Positions 21,752 to 32,546 of a stretch of DNA of 64,000 bases are shown in pieces. Both the position numbers and the translations under genes were made by a program. How positions within the stretch are numbered: the first letter of the stretch is position 1; every line of letters starts with the position of its first letter. Origin of the DNA: an uncultured cyanobacterium (GTDB lineage Bacteria > Cyanobacteriota > Cyanobacteriia > PCC-9006 > JAAUQQ01); contig OY970368.1 of the NCBI GenBank assembly GCA_963718615.1, positions 640,001-704,000 of the forward strand. The letters are read 5' to 3'. The notes beneath the pieces were generated by a model. That model ran no database searches. It was not told the DNA's origin and was given only the letters and a program-made list of their open reading frames with translations.

Positions 21752-22366
21752 ATGGCCACTCTCCCATTTCTCCCGTTTCTTCTCCTTTTCCTCGTCGGTC
21801 TTCTCCTCTCCACCATTTTCGGCATTACGAACATCGTTCTCGCCTTCCAAGAGAGCGCCCTGTGGGGAATTTTGGCCTTGCTGGTTCCCTTTGCCGCCTT
21901 GGTTTTTAGCATCAAATTTTGGAGCCGCAAATGGGTGCGGCGGTCGTTCCTGGGAAATATTGGCGGGGCGGTGCTGATGATTGCCGGTATGATCGGTCTC
22001 AGCGTAGCCATGCCAGGGCTGATGAATCAGTTCGAAGGAGCCATGACGATGCCCATGGAGGATCGTCCCTTTGCAAACGGGGAACCGGGAGAACTCGGGG
22101 ATTTACCCCCAGGAACGCTCCCCGAAGGGGTTCTGCCTGAAAATGGAGATGCCTTTGCCGCCGGGGTCAACTATGCCACCGCTGCAGCAGAGCTCACCCA
22201 AACCGCTAAAACCCCAGAAGAATGGGAAAAAGTTGCAACCCAGTGGGAATATGCGGTGGCGATGATGGCGGCGGTGCCCGCAGACCATCCCAAATCCGCC
22301 TTGGCCCAGACAAAAGTGGGAGAATATAAAAAGAACTTGGCCTACGCTCAGCAGAATTCCCAGTAA
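21752..22366 (+). CDS. Hypothetical membrane protein with a cyanobacterial helical C-terminal domain
   Basis: About three transmembrane segments; AAELTQTAKTPEEWEKVATQW. Confidence 0.7.
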   Translation: MATLPFLPFLLLFLVGLLLSTIFGITNIVLAFQESALWGILALLVPFAALVFSIKFWSRKWVRRSFLGNIGGAVLMIAGMIGLSVAMPGLMNQFEGAMTMPMEDRPFANGEPGELGDLPPGTLPEGVLPENGDAFAAGVNYATAAAELTQTAKTPEEWEKVATQWEYAVAMMAAVPADHPKSALAQTKVGEYKKNLAYAQQNSQ

Positions 22367-22399
22367 AATCCCCAGCCAAAACGCACCATTAATAGATCT

Positions 22400-23401
22400 A
22401 TGGCCCCTGCACCGTTATCGCCCTCTCCCTTAATTGAAGACATCCTTGGCGTTTCTCCTGCCGAGAGCTGGGTGTCGGTTTGCGATCGCACCTCCTGGGG
22501 CCGAATTTTGGTGGGGGATGGCGATCGCATCAAATTTCTCCACAACCAAAGCACCAACGATTTCCAAAACCTCACAGCGGGCCAAGGCTGCGAAACCGTA
22601 TTTGTCACCTCCACCGCCCGAACGCTGGATTTGGCGACAGCCTACGTTTTGGAAAATGAAATTCTGCTCCTCGTCTCACCCCAGCGCACGGAATTATTGC
22701 TGAAGCAATTCGATCGCTACATTTTCTTTGACGACGCAGTGAAGCTCACCAACGTCACCCAGACCCTAGCCTGTTTCACCCTATTTGGCCCTGGCAGCTA
22801 CGCCTTGCTTCAGCAGCTCACCGCCAAGGATTTTTCAAGACAACCGTTGTATCACCATCAACAGATCAACCTAGAAAGTATCGAGATCCGCATTGCCAGC
22901 GGCAGCGACCTAGGTTTACCAGGCTATACTCTTTTCTGCTCGATCGACCAAGCGGCTTCGCTCAAACAGTTGCTAGAAGAACTCAATACTAAGCCCTGCA
23001 CCTTAGACACCTGGGAAGCGCTCCGCATCGTGCAAGGGCGACCCGCCCCCGACCATGAATTAACAGAAGACTACAATCCCCTGGAAGCAGGGCTATGGCA
23101 AACGATTTCCTTTGATAAGGGCTGCTACATCGGTCAGGAAACCATCGCCCGACTCAATACCTACAATGGCGTCAAACAAAGACTTTGGGGTCTAGAGCTA
23201 GATCAATGGGCGTCACCGGGTCCCGTCATCACCCCAGCAGGCGAGAAAGTGGGTCAACTGACCAGCATTGTGCCGACCCCAACCGGAGCTTTTGGCCTCG
23301 CCTATATCCGCACCAAAGCAGGCGGGGCAGGACTCTCCATTCAGGTTGGTGATGCATCTGGTACAGTCGTACCCTTGGGCTACGTTAGTCACCCGTGTTA
23401 G
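22400..23401 (+). CDS. ygfZ: YgfZ-family folate-binding protein
   Basis: Signature KGCYIGQETIAR. Confidence 0.92.
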   Translation: MAPAPLSPSPLIEDILGVSPAESWVSVCDRTSWGRILVGDGDRIKFLHNQSTNDFQNLTAGQGCETVFVTSTARTLDLATAYVLENEILLLVSPQRTELLLKQFDRYIFFDDAVKLTNVTQTLACFTLFGPGSYALLQQLTAKDFSRQPLYHHQQINLESIEIRIASGSDLGLPGYTLFCSIDQAASLKQLLEELNTKPCTLDTWEALRIVQGRPAPDHELTEDYNPLEAGLWQTISFDKGCYIGQETIARLNTYNGVKQRLWGLELDQWASPGPVITPAGEKVGQLTSIVPTPTGAFGLAYIRTKAGGAGLSIQVGDASGTVVPLGYVSHPC

Positions 23402-23457
23402 TCACCCGCCTGAATCGCCCAGTAAAGCGCCCCCATTCAATTGTCAAGTCCTAAGGT

Positions 23458-23739
23458 TTAATAAATCCGATGACCCCGATGGCGCGTCGAGGCAGAGGAT
23501 GAACTCGACGATCGGCTTGCGGGCAGAATCTTGAGCGCCGGTTCCGAGGGTTGCTTCAAAATTAAAGGCCGCTGTTGTGCCAGTCGAGCCCAGCGAATCA
23601 ACAGACCCACTCCCGCAGTGGCTAACCCCAATAAGAAGAGGGAGGCGCGATCGCCCACGCCGCCAATCACCATATCAGCGGCACCCACCGTCAAAATAAA
23701 ACTGGATAGCGGTTCGCGACTGCGGGGGGATCGGGTCAT
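23458..23739 (-). CDS. Small hypothetical membrane protein
   Basis: REPLSSFILTVGAADMVIGG with two hydrophobic segments; co-oriented with hli. Confidence 0.65.
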   Translation of the reverse strand: MTRSPRSREPLSSFILTVGAADMVIGGVGDRASLFLLGLATAGVGLLIRWARLAQQRPLILKQPSEPALKILPASRSSSSSSASTRHRGHRIY

Positions 23740-23776
23740 GGGGATTCATCCAACAATTGATTTAACGCAGACCCAC

Positions 23777-23947
23777 TTAATGCAGGCCCAGCCAGCTTAA
23801 CAGTCCACGTCCCGTAAAATACTCCAGCGCCACTACCACGGCAAAGCCCAACATGGCCGCACGACCATTGAGACGTTCGGCGTAATCATGAAAGCCGTAC
23901 CGGGGCGCGTTGAGATTGGGAGTTTGAGTTGGTTCTAGCTTAGCCAT
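23777..23947 (-). CDS. High-light-inducible protein (HLIP/SCP), 56 aa
   Basis: Below the ORF-track cutoff. Translation MAKLEPTQTPNLNAPRYGFHDYAERLNGRAAMLGFAVVVALEYFTGRGLLSWLGLH contains the ExxNGRxAM motif. Confidence 0.93.
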   Translation of the reverse strand: MAKLEPTQTPNLNAPRYGFHDYAERLNGRAAMLGFAVVVALEYFTGRGLLSWLGLH

Positions 23948-24203
23948 GGAAATAATGACAATCTTGCGCCTAAAGGGTCTCTGCTTCTATTTTAAGCGTC
24001 AGGGCAACACCTGTAGAGTACGGCTCTCCAGACCTAGGATGCCCTCCCCAGAATAGGACTTCCTCCCAGAAACTGGGGAGAAAAGTTCTGTCTACCGGTG
24101 TGTAAAGATGTACCTTTTAAGACATACAGACGCATCCAAGCCAGGGTAATGGTTCTAGAGACCCTGGGTCAGGTTTCAGCATACGCATTAGGAGGCGATC
24201 GCC

Positions 24204-25301
24204 ATGAACATTGGAGTCCCCAAAGAAATCAAAGACCAAGAATTTCGGGTCGGATTAACCCCCAGCAGCGTCCAGGCGCTGACCGAGCGAGGGCACAACG
24301 TCGCCGTCGAGACCCAAGCCGGTGATGGAGCAGGATTTACGGACGAAGACTATCGTCGGGCGGGCGCTGAGATTGTCGCGACGGCCAAAGCCGCCTGGGA
24401 TCAAGCCCTGGTCATCAAAGTCAAGGAGCCCCTGGCGGCGGAATATGAGTTTCTGCAAAAGGAACAGATTCTTTTCACTTACCTACACCTAGCCGCCGGT
24501 CGGGGATTGACCGAAGCCCTGCTCAATAGCGGCGTTACGGCGATCGCCTACGAAACTGTCGAGTTGGGCGATCGCCGTCTGCCCCTACTGACCCCCATGA
24601 GTATCATTGCCGGACGACTCTCGGTCCAGTTTGGGGCGCGCTTTCTCGAACGACAGCAAGGTGGTCGCGGGGTATTGCTGGGGGGCGTACCAGGGGTGCG
24701 CCCAGGTCGGGTGACGATTTTAGGGGGCGGTGTGGTGGGCACCGAGGCGGCCAAAATGGCCGTGGGACTGGGGGCTCAGGTGCAGATGATTGATATTAAT
24801 GTCGATCGCCTGGGAGAACTCGAAGCCCTGTTTGGCTCTCGCGTAGAGTTGCTCCACAGCAGCTCGGCCCAAATCGCAGCCACGGTCCCGGAGGCTGATC
24901 TGCTTATTGGGGCGGTGCTGGTGCCGGGGCGACGACCGCCGACGCTGGTGTCGCGATCGCTCGTGGCCCAAATGCGTCCCGGCTCAGTCATCGTCGATGT
25001 GGCAGTGGACCAAGGGGGCTGCATCGAAACCCTGCGGCCCACCTCCCACTCCCAGCCGGTTTATCTAGAAGAAGGCGTGGTGCACTATGGCGTCCCCAAT
25101 ATGCCGGGGGCTGTGCCCTGGACCGCCGCCCAAGCGCTCAATAACAGTACGTTGCCCTATGTGCTTAGGCTGGCTGACCAGGGCCTCGGCAGTTTGGCCA
25201 AGGATCCCGCCCTGGCCAAGGGCCTGAATGTGCAGCGACACGAATTAATCCATCCCGCCGTTCGCGAGAGTTTCCCGGATTTGACGGCGGCTGTAGCTTA
25301 A
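24204..25301 (+). CDS. ald: Alanine dehydrogenase
   Basis: IGVPKEIKDQEFRV, LFTYLHLAA, DVAVDQGGC, VPNMPGAV. Confidence 0.96.
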   Translation: MNIGVPKEIKDQEFRVGLTPSSVQALTERGHNVAVETQAGDGAGFTDEDYRRAGAEIVATAKAAWDQALVIKVKEPLAAEYEFLQKEQILFTYLHLAAGRGLTEALLNSGVTAIAYETVELGDRRLPLLTPMSIIAGRLSVQFGARFLERQQGGRGVLLGGVPGVRPGRVTILGGGVVGTEAAKMAVGLGAQVQMIDINVDRLGELEALFGSRVELLHSSSAQIAATVPEADLLIGAVLVPGRRPPTLVSRSLVAQMRPGSVIVDVAVDQGGCIETLRPTSHSQPVYLEEGVVHYGVPNMPGAVPWTAAQALNNSTLPYVLRLADQGLGSLAKDPALAKGLNVQRHELIHPAVRESFPDLTAAVA

Positions 25302-26110
25302 GCTTGCCCGAGGGCTTGGGATCGCGCAGTCGCAGCCTTGACGGCCTCGATCAAGGCCGAGCGAAACCCTGCCTGTTCCAAGGCGGAGACCCCGGCAATC
25401 GTTGTACCGCCGGGGCTGGTGACTTGATCCTTGAGCTGAGCGGGGTGCTGGCCGGTTTCCTGGAGTAACGTGGCTGTCCCCAACACCGTTTGGAGGGCGA
25501 GCTGCTGGGCGATCGCCCTCGGCAACCCTGCAGCCACCCCCCCATCGGACAAGGCTTCAACCATAAGCGCCACATAGGCTGGCCCCGATCCCGATAGACC
25601 CGTCACCGCATCCATCAGCGCCTCGGCCACTTCGACAACCGTGCCAATCGCCGAAAACAGGGTTTTTGCCTGGGTGAGTTGCTCCGGTTGGACGAGGGAA
25701 TTGGGGGCGATCGCCGTACAACCGGCCCCCACCAACGCCGGGGTATTGGGCATCGCCCGAATAATCGGCTGATCTGGGAACCCCGCATTCAAGCGACTCA
25801 GCGGAACCCCCGCCAAAATCGAGAGGACCAATTGCTGAGATTGGACCTGAGATCGTTGACTTCGCAACCGCGTGACCACCGATTCAAAGACCTGAGGCTT
25901 AATCGCCAGCAGCAGCACTTCTGCCTCCGCCGCTGCCCCATTTTCTGTCGTCGTTTGTACACCCAATTGAGCCTGCAACTGCTCTCGCCGCTCCGCCGTA
26001 GGTTCACTCACCAACACATCCCCCGGTGCATATATCCCTCGCGCCAGCAGCCGCGACAAAATCGCCGTCCCCATGACGCCACCACCAATCAAACCCAGTT
26101 TGGGAGCCAT
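25298..26110 (-). CDS. proC: Pyrroline-5-carboxylate reductase
   Basis: RAMPNTP, TGLSGSGPAY, VTSPGGTT. Confidence 0.97.
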   Translation of the reverse strand: MAPKLGLIGGGVMGTAILSRLLARGIYAPGDVLVSEPTAERREQLQAQLGVQTTTENGAAAEAEVLLLAIKPQVFESVVTRLRSQRSQVQSQQLVLSILAGVPLSRLNAGFPDQPIIRAMPNTPALVGAGCTAIAPNSLVQPEQLTQAKTLFSAIGTVVEVAEALMDAVTGLSGSGPAYVALMVEALSDGGVAAGLPRAIAQQLALQTVLGTATLLQETGQHPAQLKDQVTSPGGTTIAGVSALEQAGFRSALIEAVKAATARSQALGQA

Positions 26111-26153
26111 CGCGCTTTGCCTCTCAGCTCAAAAAACAGTCAAAAAAACAGCC

Positions 26154-26189
26154 AAAAAAATGGGTAAGTAGCCTCTGCCCTTACCCATT
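26154..26189 (-). terminator. Rho-independent terminator-like hairpin between sepF and proC
   Basis: Minus strand AATGGGTAAG-loop-CTTACCCATT followed by a T run. Confidence 0.6.
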
Positions 26190-26262
26190 GATCGCTCTGA
26201 TCAAAACTTACTAACGCGAGTAAAACGAGTTAACCGCATCATCCAATTAACCGACCCTGTAC

Positions 26263-26847
26263 TTACTGAGCCATGGGGATATGCTCACTGGCCCAAGCGG
26301 GAGCTCCCGTTGCGGGGCGCACATGGGGTTGAGGAGCTTCCATCGGATTGTGGTTTGCAGCATCCTGCTGGGTGACCACTTGGACACAATTCGGAGTAAA
26401 GAGGAAAATGCTTTCGCCCACGCGCTCTTGGTGGCCATCAATGGCGTAGGTGCCGCCTGCAACGAAGTCCACTGCACGCTGAGCCTGGTCGGGATCCATC
26501 ATCGTCAGGTTCAGAACCACAGACTTGCGCTCACGCATGGCCTGGATGGCTTGGGGCATTTCTTCAAAGGAGCGGGGCTCCATCACTACCACTTCAGACA
26601 AACCGTTGATGGCACCGGGCATGCCGATGACGTTGCTAGTGGAACCAATGCTGGTGGTCATAATACTAGGGCGCTGCTCACGAACACGACGACGGGCGGG
26701 GACTTCTTCTTGGACCACGGGCGCAGGAGGATTCTCTTCCTGGTAAAGGTTTTGATACTCCTCACCATCCATCTCGTCGTATTCGTAGTCGTACTCCATT
26801 CCTTCATTCAGTCCGACGAAGTCGCGCAGCTTGTTGAAAATAGACAC
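26263..26847 (-). CDS. sepF: Cell division protein SepF
   Basis: [27 protein letters not shown]. Confidence 0.96.
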   Translation of the reverse strand: MSIFNKLRDFVGLNEGMEYDYEYDEMDGEEYQNLYQEENPPAPVVQEEVPARRRVREQRPSIMTTSIGSTSNVIGMPGAINGLSEVVVMEPRSFEEMPQAIQAMRERKSVVLNLTMMDPDQAQRAVDFVAGGTYAIDGHQERVGESIFLFTPNCVQVVTQQDAANHNPMEAPQPHVRPATGAPAWASEHIPMAQ

Positions 26848-27332
26848 GGTTCACACTCCAGTAAAACTCAGTAAAAGCTTTCAGAATCTTGAAAGTCGCT
26901 CATCGAAACCAGCATTGGTCGAGACCAGCACCCAGAAGGTGAAGAGACTAGAGACGCTAGACTTGCAGCTAAAGATGCACCTAATCTTGAAATCAGAAAA
27001 GTCTCTTTAACAAAACTTTACGATAGAGGGTAGCACCGATCTCTTATGCGTGGGACACACCTTATCCCAATTCGCTAAAAATCTCTAGTTTTTTCTTGGA
27101 CCTTGCTCTACCCGCTAAAAACCTCGGGGCCTCCGGGATGAACCAGGAGATGACCAGGATTCTTAGACCCAATTTGGGTTGAAACAAGCGAACACCCCGT
27201 GGGAGTTGTAATGGGGACTTCTGGAACGGCTTGACTTAAGGAACAGCACTCACTGAATCAAATTTCACTGAGCCTATTCATCCAGGTGCGAGACTATGCT
27301 ATCTACGCCCCAAATAGATGACAAGAAGGGAA

Positions 27333-28025
27333 CTAACCCCTCGTTCCGAAGATGGTTGTGCCCAATCGGACCATCGTAGCGCCAGCTTGAACCGCTAGCG
27401 GATAATCCCCAGACATTCCCATTGACAGTTGCTCCATGGATATATTAAACCATCCTTGCTGTTTTGCTTCACTCCCGATTTGATCCGCCAAATGTCGTGC
27501 ATCTTCAAATAAATTAAGGGTTTCTGCGGCTTCGAGCTGGAGCGGCGGAATGACCATCAAGCCAGAAATACGTAGTTGATTATACTGACAAACTTGGGGT
27601 AATTGCTGAAGGAGCAATTGGGGTTCCCAGCCGGTTTTGTTCGGGTCCGGTCGTAACTTGACCTGGAGACAGACCTGGGGGGACTTTTGGAGTTCAGCGG
27701 CGATGCGATCGATCCGTTGCAGCAGCTTCAAGCTGTCGACGGAATGGATCCAATCAAAATGCTCGATGGCTTTCCGAACCTTATTGCTTTGGAGGGGACC
27801 AATTAGATGCCAGGTAATATCGGGCAGATCCTGGAGATCAGCTTGTTTGTCGATCGCTTCCTGGACTCGATTTTCGCCAAAATCCCGTAATCCTGCCCCG
27901 TAGGCAGCTCTCACATGCTCGGCGCTGAGGGTTTTGCTGACCCCAATGAGACGGACCTGGGGCGGCAACGTTGCCCGAATGGCATGAATGCGTGCGGCGA
28001 TCTGCTCCGCGTCGACCATCTTCAT
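27333..28025 (-). CDS. pipY: YggS-family PLP-binding protein PipY
   Basis: GVSK, FGENRVQE, WHLIGPLQSNK, LSMGMSGDY; follows pipX. Confidence 0.94.
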   Translation of the reverse strand: MKMVDAEQIAARIHAIRATLPPQVRLIGVSKTLSAEHVRAAYGAGLRDFGENRVQEAIDKQADLQDLPDITWHLIGPLQSNKVRKAIEHFDWIHSVDSLKLLQRIDRIAAELQKSPQVCLQVKLRPDPNKTGWEPQLLLQQLPQVCQYNQLRISGLMVIPPLQLEAAETLNLFEDARHLADQIGSEAKQQGWFNISMEQLSMGMSGDYPLAVQAGATMVRLGTTIFGTRG

Positions 28026-28034
28026 GGGGTTGGG

Positions 28035-28304
28035 TTAAAACAGAATTTTGAAGGTGCCCTGCAGGGTTTGGAATTCGGGGGTGTTACCCTTTTGTCGTAA
28101 TAACCGCATTCGGGTCTCAACGAGCGATCGCGCCTCACTCCGGTTCATCGATTGGAATTCGCGGGGACCTTTGGTGGGCGTTAGCACTAGAAAAAACAGC
28201 CGATGGGCATAGAGTGTCGTAAATATTTCTTTACCTTCGTCGATCACACAGACCCGAAAGAGAAGGCCAAAGGTGGGGTGGTTGAGGTAGGTTTCGGTAT
28301 TCAT
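28035..28304 (-). CDS. pipX: PII/NtcA-interacting protein PipX
   Basis: ETYLNHPTFGLL...FTTLYAHRLFFLV. Confidence 0.95.
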   Translation of the reverse strand: MNTETYLNHPTFGLLFRVCVIDEGKEIFTTLYAHRLFFLVLTPTKGPREFQSMNRSEARSLVETRMRLLRQKGNTPEFQTLQGTFKILF

Positions 28305-28328
28305 GCACAGCGGTTCAATACCTCAAAA

Positions 28329-29384
28329 CTATAGCTCACCACCGACCCAGACCCGTAGGCCACAAAAGCAGCAGAGGATGGCGATCGCCACCCAATCCCG
28401 CCGCTTCAGCCGCAGGTCATGCCACTGAACCCGATGGCGATCGGCACCGACAAAGCCTCGCACTTGCATGGCGCTAGCGGCTTGGGAGGCGCGCAGGAGG
28501 AGGTTTTCGAGGAGCCGCTCGGCAACGATCAGCCAGACGCGAATGCTACGCCGCAGTCCGAGTTTTTTCCAGTTGATGGCACGGGTCCAGACGGAGCGGC
28601 CTAGGTTTTGGATTTCTTCGAGGACGAGGGGAATATAGCGCAGGGAGAGGGTGAGGGTGAGGGCGAGTTCGGTGACGGGGAAGCCCAGCTTGCGCAGGGG
28701 CAACATCAGGTCTTCAAGGCCAGCGGTAATTTCTTCGGGGGCTGTGGTGAGGAGGTAGAGGTTGGTGCTGTAGATCAGCGTGAAAATTAGGGTGCTGACG
28801 CGGATAGCGAGGGTGAGCGATCGCTGGGTAATTGTAAAAAAACCTTCATCCACCAGGACATAACGATAGCCGCTGGCGGTGGGCAGGTCTTCCGCTGGAA
28901 CAACTGTTGGGGGTTGGGATTTGCCAAAGGGCCAGAGGCGGAGGGGCTGTTGCTCTCCACCGGACTGTTTTTGTCCATTGCTATTGGGTACAGCACCATT
29001 TTGTACAGCACCATTTTGTAAGTCCCCCTTTTGTAGATCTCCAGGGGGGGGAGCGCCATCAAGCTGGAGGCTGTTTTCGGGCCGATGGGCCGTGTGTTGC
29101 GCCAACAGCCCATCCGGGGTAATCGCCGTCATCACAAAAATCAGCAGGCAGAGCATTGTGAGCCAGCCCATCTGCTGCCGCCACACCCGCAGCGGCACCC
29201 GCGCAATCAGCGTCAGCAGCATTAACAGTCCGACCAAAACAATCCGCCAAATATCGCTGGCCAAAACTGGCGTGAGCAAAAAACCCATCAGCCAGAAGAG
29301 TTTGACACGGGGATCAAGGCGATGCAGCCAAGTGACGGGTTGTTCGAGATAAAGACCGAGGGGCAGCGATCGCAGAATATCCAT
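28329..29384 (-). CDS. ECF transporter transmembrane component T (CbiQ/EcfT family)
   Basis: LHRLDPRVKL, LSLRYIPLVLEE, AMQVRGF. Confidence 0.9.
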   Translation of the reverse strand: MDILRSLPLGLYLEQPVTWLHRLDPRVKLFWLMGFLLTPVLASDIWRIVLVGLLMLLTLIARVPLRVWRQQMGWLTMLCLLIFVMTAITPDGLLAQHTAHRPENSLQLDGAPPPGDLQKGDLQNGAVQNGAVPNSNGQKQSGGEQQPLRLWPFGKSQPPTVVPAEDLPTASGYRYVLVDEGFFTITQRSLTLAIRVSTLIFTLIYSTNLYLLTTAPEEITAGLEDLMLPLRKLGFPVTELALTLTLSLRYIPLVLEEIQNLGRSVWTRAINWKKLGLRRSIRVWLIVAERLLENLLLRASQAASAMQVRGFVGADRHRVQWHDLRLKRRDWVAIAILCCFCGLRVWVGGEL

Positions 29385-29393
29385 GAATCAAAC

Positions 29394-30752
29394 TTAAACT
29401 TTGGTGGCGCGATTGACCGTGCGTTCGGCTTCCCGCTGGCGTTTGCCCCGCCAGATTAACCGTAGGGGGGTAGCGTTAAATCCAAGACTTTCCCGGAACT
29501 GACGCTCGATATAACGCCGATAGGTATCGCCAAACAGCTTGGGATCATTGACAAACAAGGCAATGGTGGGCGGTTGGCTGGTCACCTGGGTGCCATAGTA
29601 AATTTTGCCCTGTTTTCCCTGGCGTGTCGTCGGGGGGGACTTCCACCCCACCGCTTCTTCCAAAACTTCGTTGATCACAGAGGTGGTGACTCGCCGCTGG
29701 TGCTCCTCCGTGGCGGTGTTGACCAATTCCAGAATTTTTTCGACCCGCTGTCCCGTCTTGGCACTGATAAAGATCATCGGAGCCCAGTTAAGGAAATAGA
29801 GACGCGATCGCAAGGTTCGCTCGTAGTCGTAGATTGTGCTGGAATCCTTGTAAACGGCATCCCATTTATTCACCACAATGACGCAGGCTCGCCCATCATC
29901 TTCAATGCGTCCCGCTAGCTTTTGGTCCTGTTCAGTCACGCCATCCAGGGCATCAATCACCAACAGCACCACATCGGCCCGACGAATCGCCTTAAAGGCC
30001 CGGTTGATCCCGAAGAACTCAGGGCCATAGTCAATGCTGCGTTTGCGACGGATGCCGGCGGTGTCGATCAGCTTATAGGTTTTCCCCTCGCGCTCCACCA
30101 GGCTATCGATGGCGTCCCGCGTCGTTCCGGCCACAGGGCTGACAATGGCTCGGCCTTCGCCCACAAAGGCATTGAGCAAACTCGATTTGCCCACATTGGG
30201 ACGACCGATGATGGCGATATTGGCGATCGCCTCCGCTTCAATATTTTCCTGCGCGGGCAAATACCCAATAATCAGATCGAGCAAGTCCCCCGTCCCGTTG
30301 CCGTGAATGCTGGAAATGGCCAAGGGCTCGCCAATGCCCAAGGACCAAAACTCAGCGGCCTGAGAGGCACCTAGCGCGTCAGACTCGCACTTATTCACCG
30401 CCAGCAACACCGGCACCGGCTGCTGGCGCAGCCATTCCGCAATACTTTCATCGGCAGCCGTCAATCCCGCTTGGCCATCCACCACCATCACGGCCACACT
30501 GGCCTCGGTCAGGGCTAACATCGCCTGCTCACGGATCAGGGGTAAAAATTCTGTCTCGTCTTCAAAGACTAATCCCCCGGTATCCACCACCTGGAAATCT
30601 CGATGTCCCCAAAAGGCTGGACGATAGGTGCGATCGCGCGTTACACCCGGCTCATCATGAACGATCGCATCTCGCCCCCCCGCGAGCCGGTTTACAAGGG
30701 TAGACTTGCCCACGTTGGGGCGACCAATAATGGCAACAATGGGCAGCGGCAT
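29394..30752 (-). CDS. der: Ribosome biogenesis GTPase Der (EngA)
   Basis: Two GRPNVGKS G-domains. Confidence 0.98.
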   Translation of the reverse strand: MPLPIVAIIGRPNVGKSTLVNRLAGGRDAIVHDEPGVTRDRTYRPAFWGHRDFQVVDTGGLVFEDETEFLPLIREQAMLALTEASVAVMVVDGQAGLTAADESIAEWLRQQPVPVLLAVNKCESDALGASQAAEFWSLGIGEPLAISSIHGNGTGDLLDLIIGYLPAQENIEAEAIANIAIIGRPNVGKSSLLNAFVGEGRAIVSPVAGTTRDAIDSLVEREGKTYKLIDTAGIRRKRSIDYGPEFFGINRAFKAIRRADVVLLVIDALDGVTEQDQKLAGRIEDDGRACVIVVNKWDAVYKDSSTIYDYERTLRSRLYFLNWAPMIFISAKTGQRVEKILELVNTATEEHQRRVTTSVINEVLEEAVGWKSPPTTRQGKQGKIYYGTQVTSQPPTIALFVNDPKLFGDTYRRYIERQFRESLGFNATPLRLIWRGKRQREAERTVNRATKV

Positions 30753-31019
30753 GGCAAAAACTATGGGGAGACTGAAACAAAAGAAAGCAAAAACTTAGGC
30801 AAAAAATTAAATTTCGGACCTTCTATCTATTCTAATGCGTTGTTGGGATAAGGATTCTTACTCCTCACCAGAAGAACGAGCCGGAGACCGTATACTGTCA
30901 GGGGCAAATTTTACTTTTTTAGAAAAATTTCCCACTCAGGGGCAGATCTGCTGACCGCAGAGTCAAACAAGTTCATGAAGAAGCGATCGAAGACAGGGCG
31001 TTAGGCAGGCCATCTGCTA

Positions 31020-32186
31020 GTGCTTTATTTTCGTCAGCGATCGCTGAGGTATCGTCTAGTGTTTGCCAACGGGTTGAAGTTTACGCCTTTTCCACTCAAG
31101 CCTATCCCCAAGCTCCCCCCCAACCCCCGCCCCCAAACTCCGGTGGGATTCCGATTGCAGCTCTGGCTGCTGGTGAGTCTCGGCGGTGCGCTGGTCTGGG
31201 CCTTGATGCTCTATGGGCTCTACGACTTTCTCTGTCGGGAGTTGCCGCTAGGGCCAGAGGCTAGGGCCGTTGTGACCCAGTTGTTGGGCGATCGCCTCGG
31301 GTTAACCTTCTGCCTGTCTGCACCGCTGCTGGGGGTTTTGGCCTATTTTGCAATTTTGCTGATCGCCAATCAGCAGGCCCAGATCAATGAGCTAAGTCAT
31401 GACCTGAGGGCAGCATTGCAGCGTCAGCCCCCCGCTGATGAACTCCCTGCCGATGAACCTCCCACGGATGAGCCAGCTTGTGCGCCCCAGGGAAACGCTA
31501 GTTTAGCCATGCAGTCTCGGCTGGTGGCGCTGCTGTCCCACGAATACCGCACGCCGCTGACGACGATCCTGTCCTCAGCCGAACTGATTGAAAACTATGG
31601 CGAGTGCTGGAACCAGGACCGCATCCACCGGCATCTGCGGCGGATTCGCGAATCAGTTTATGGAATGACGCGGCTGTTGGACGATATTGCGGTCCTCGGA
31701 GAATCAGACACTGGCCTACTGCGGTTTAATCCGGTGGCGCTGAACCTGCCCCAATTTGTTGCGGATTTGGTGGAGAGTCTGAACCTGTCCCAGGGGGGGG
31801 AAGCGGCGATTGCCTGCACCTTCCCCGAACAGTTGCCTTCCCTAGAGGCGGATCCGAAACTCTTGCGCTCGATTCTCTACAATTTGCTCAGCAACGCGAT
31901 CAAATACGGCGAAGATCAGCCCATTCAACTCAGCCTTCGCTACGAGGACCGACAGGTCATTTTTGTCATCGCAGACCAAGGGATGGGGATTCCGGAGGGG
32001 GAGGGCGATCGCCTCTTTGAACCCTTCTTTCGGGCAGACAATGCGAAGAAAAAGCCCGGCTCGGGGTTGGGCTTGGCGATCGTCCAGACCTGTGTGACGC
32101 TCCACGGGGGGGAGGTGGCGATCGAGAGTAGCCTAGGGCAAGGAACAACCGTTACGGTGAAGTTGCCGATGAATCCTGCTGTTTGA
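31020..32186 (+). CDS. Orphan membrane sensor histidine kinase
   Basis: Two transmembrane segments; H-box SHEYRTPL, NLLSNAIKY, DQGMGI, GSGLGL; start uncertain. Confidence 0.88.
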   Translation: MLYFRQRSLRYRLVFANGLKFTPFPLKPIPKLPPNPRPQTPVGFRLQLWLLVSLGGALVWALMLYGLYDFLCRELPLGPEARAVVTQLLGDRLGLTFCLSAPLLGVLAYFAILLIANQQAQINELSHDLRAALQRQPPADELPADEPPTDEPACAPQGNASLAMQSRLVALLSHEYRTPLTTILSSAELIENYGECWNQDRIHRHLRRIRESVYGMTRLLDDIAVLGESDTGLLRFNPVALNLPQFVADLVESLNLSQGGEAAIACTFPEQLPSLEADPKLLRSILYNLLSNAIKYGEDQPIQLSLRYEDRQVIFVIADQGMGIPEGEGDRLFEPFFRADNAKKKPGSGLGLAIVQTCVTLHGGEVAIESSLGQGTTVTVKLPMNPAV

Positions 32187-32529
32187 GATAGCTGAGCAGC
32201 CAGTTGGCGATCGTGGCGCGGCGGGTTTTGCGAGGAATCAATTCACCGATTTTGTAGCCTTGAAACCCTAGCTGTTCCTTGAGCAGTTGCTTGTGAGGTT
32301 TGGGAATCGATCGCGTCAGCATTACCGTTGCCGGACGGCTTTCAATAAAATTCGGTGGCTCTGGATAAGCCTCTCGCCAATCCACCGCCACCGCTGCGTT
32401 ATTCCAAGCTTCATGCTCCCAGCGATAGCCCAATGCCTGCCAAACCAACTGATTGGCGGTTTCGTCAGCCACCTCATCCTTGAGAATGGCCCAGACCGTT
32501 TCCACAGAAATTTCAGGTAATGAGCTCAC
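32152..32529 (-). CDS. DUF1823-family protein
   Basis: VWQALGYR, PPNFIESRPATV.LTRSIP, TRRATIANWL. Confidence 0.8.
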   Translation of the reverse strand: MSSLPEISVETVWAILKDEVADETANQLVWQALGYRWEHEAWNNAAVAVDWREAYPEPPNFIESRPATVMLTRSIPKPHKQLLKEQLGFQGYKIGELIPRKTRRATIANWLLSYLKQQDSSATSP

Positions 32530-32546
32530 GGAATTACGGACCTCGC

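Noticed and set aside
24100-24130. NtcA site upstream of ald
   Set aside because: GTA...TAC spacings are 6 or 12 nt, not the required 8
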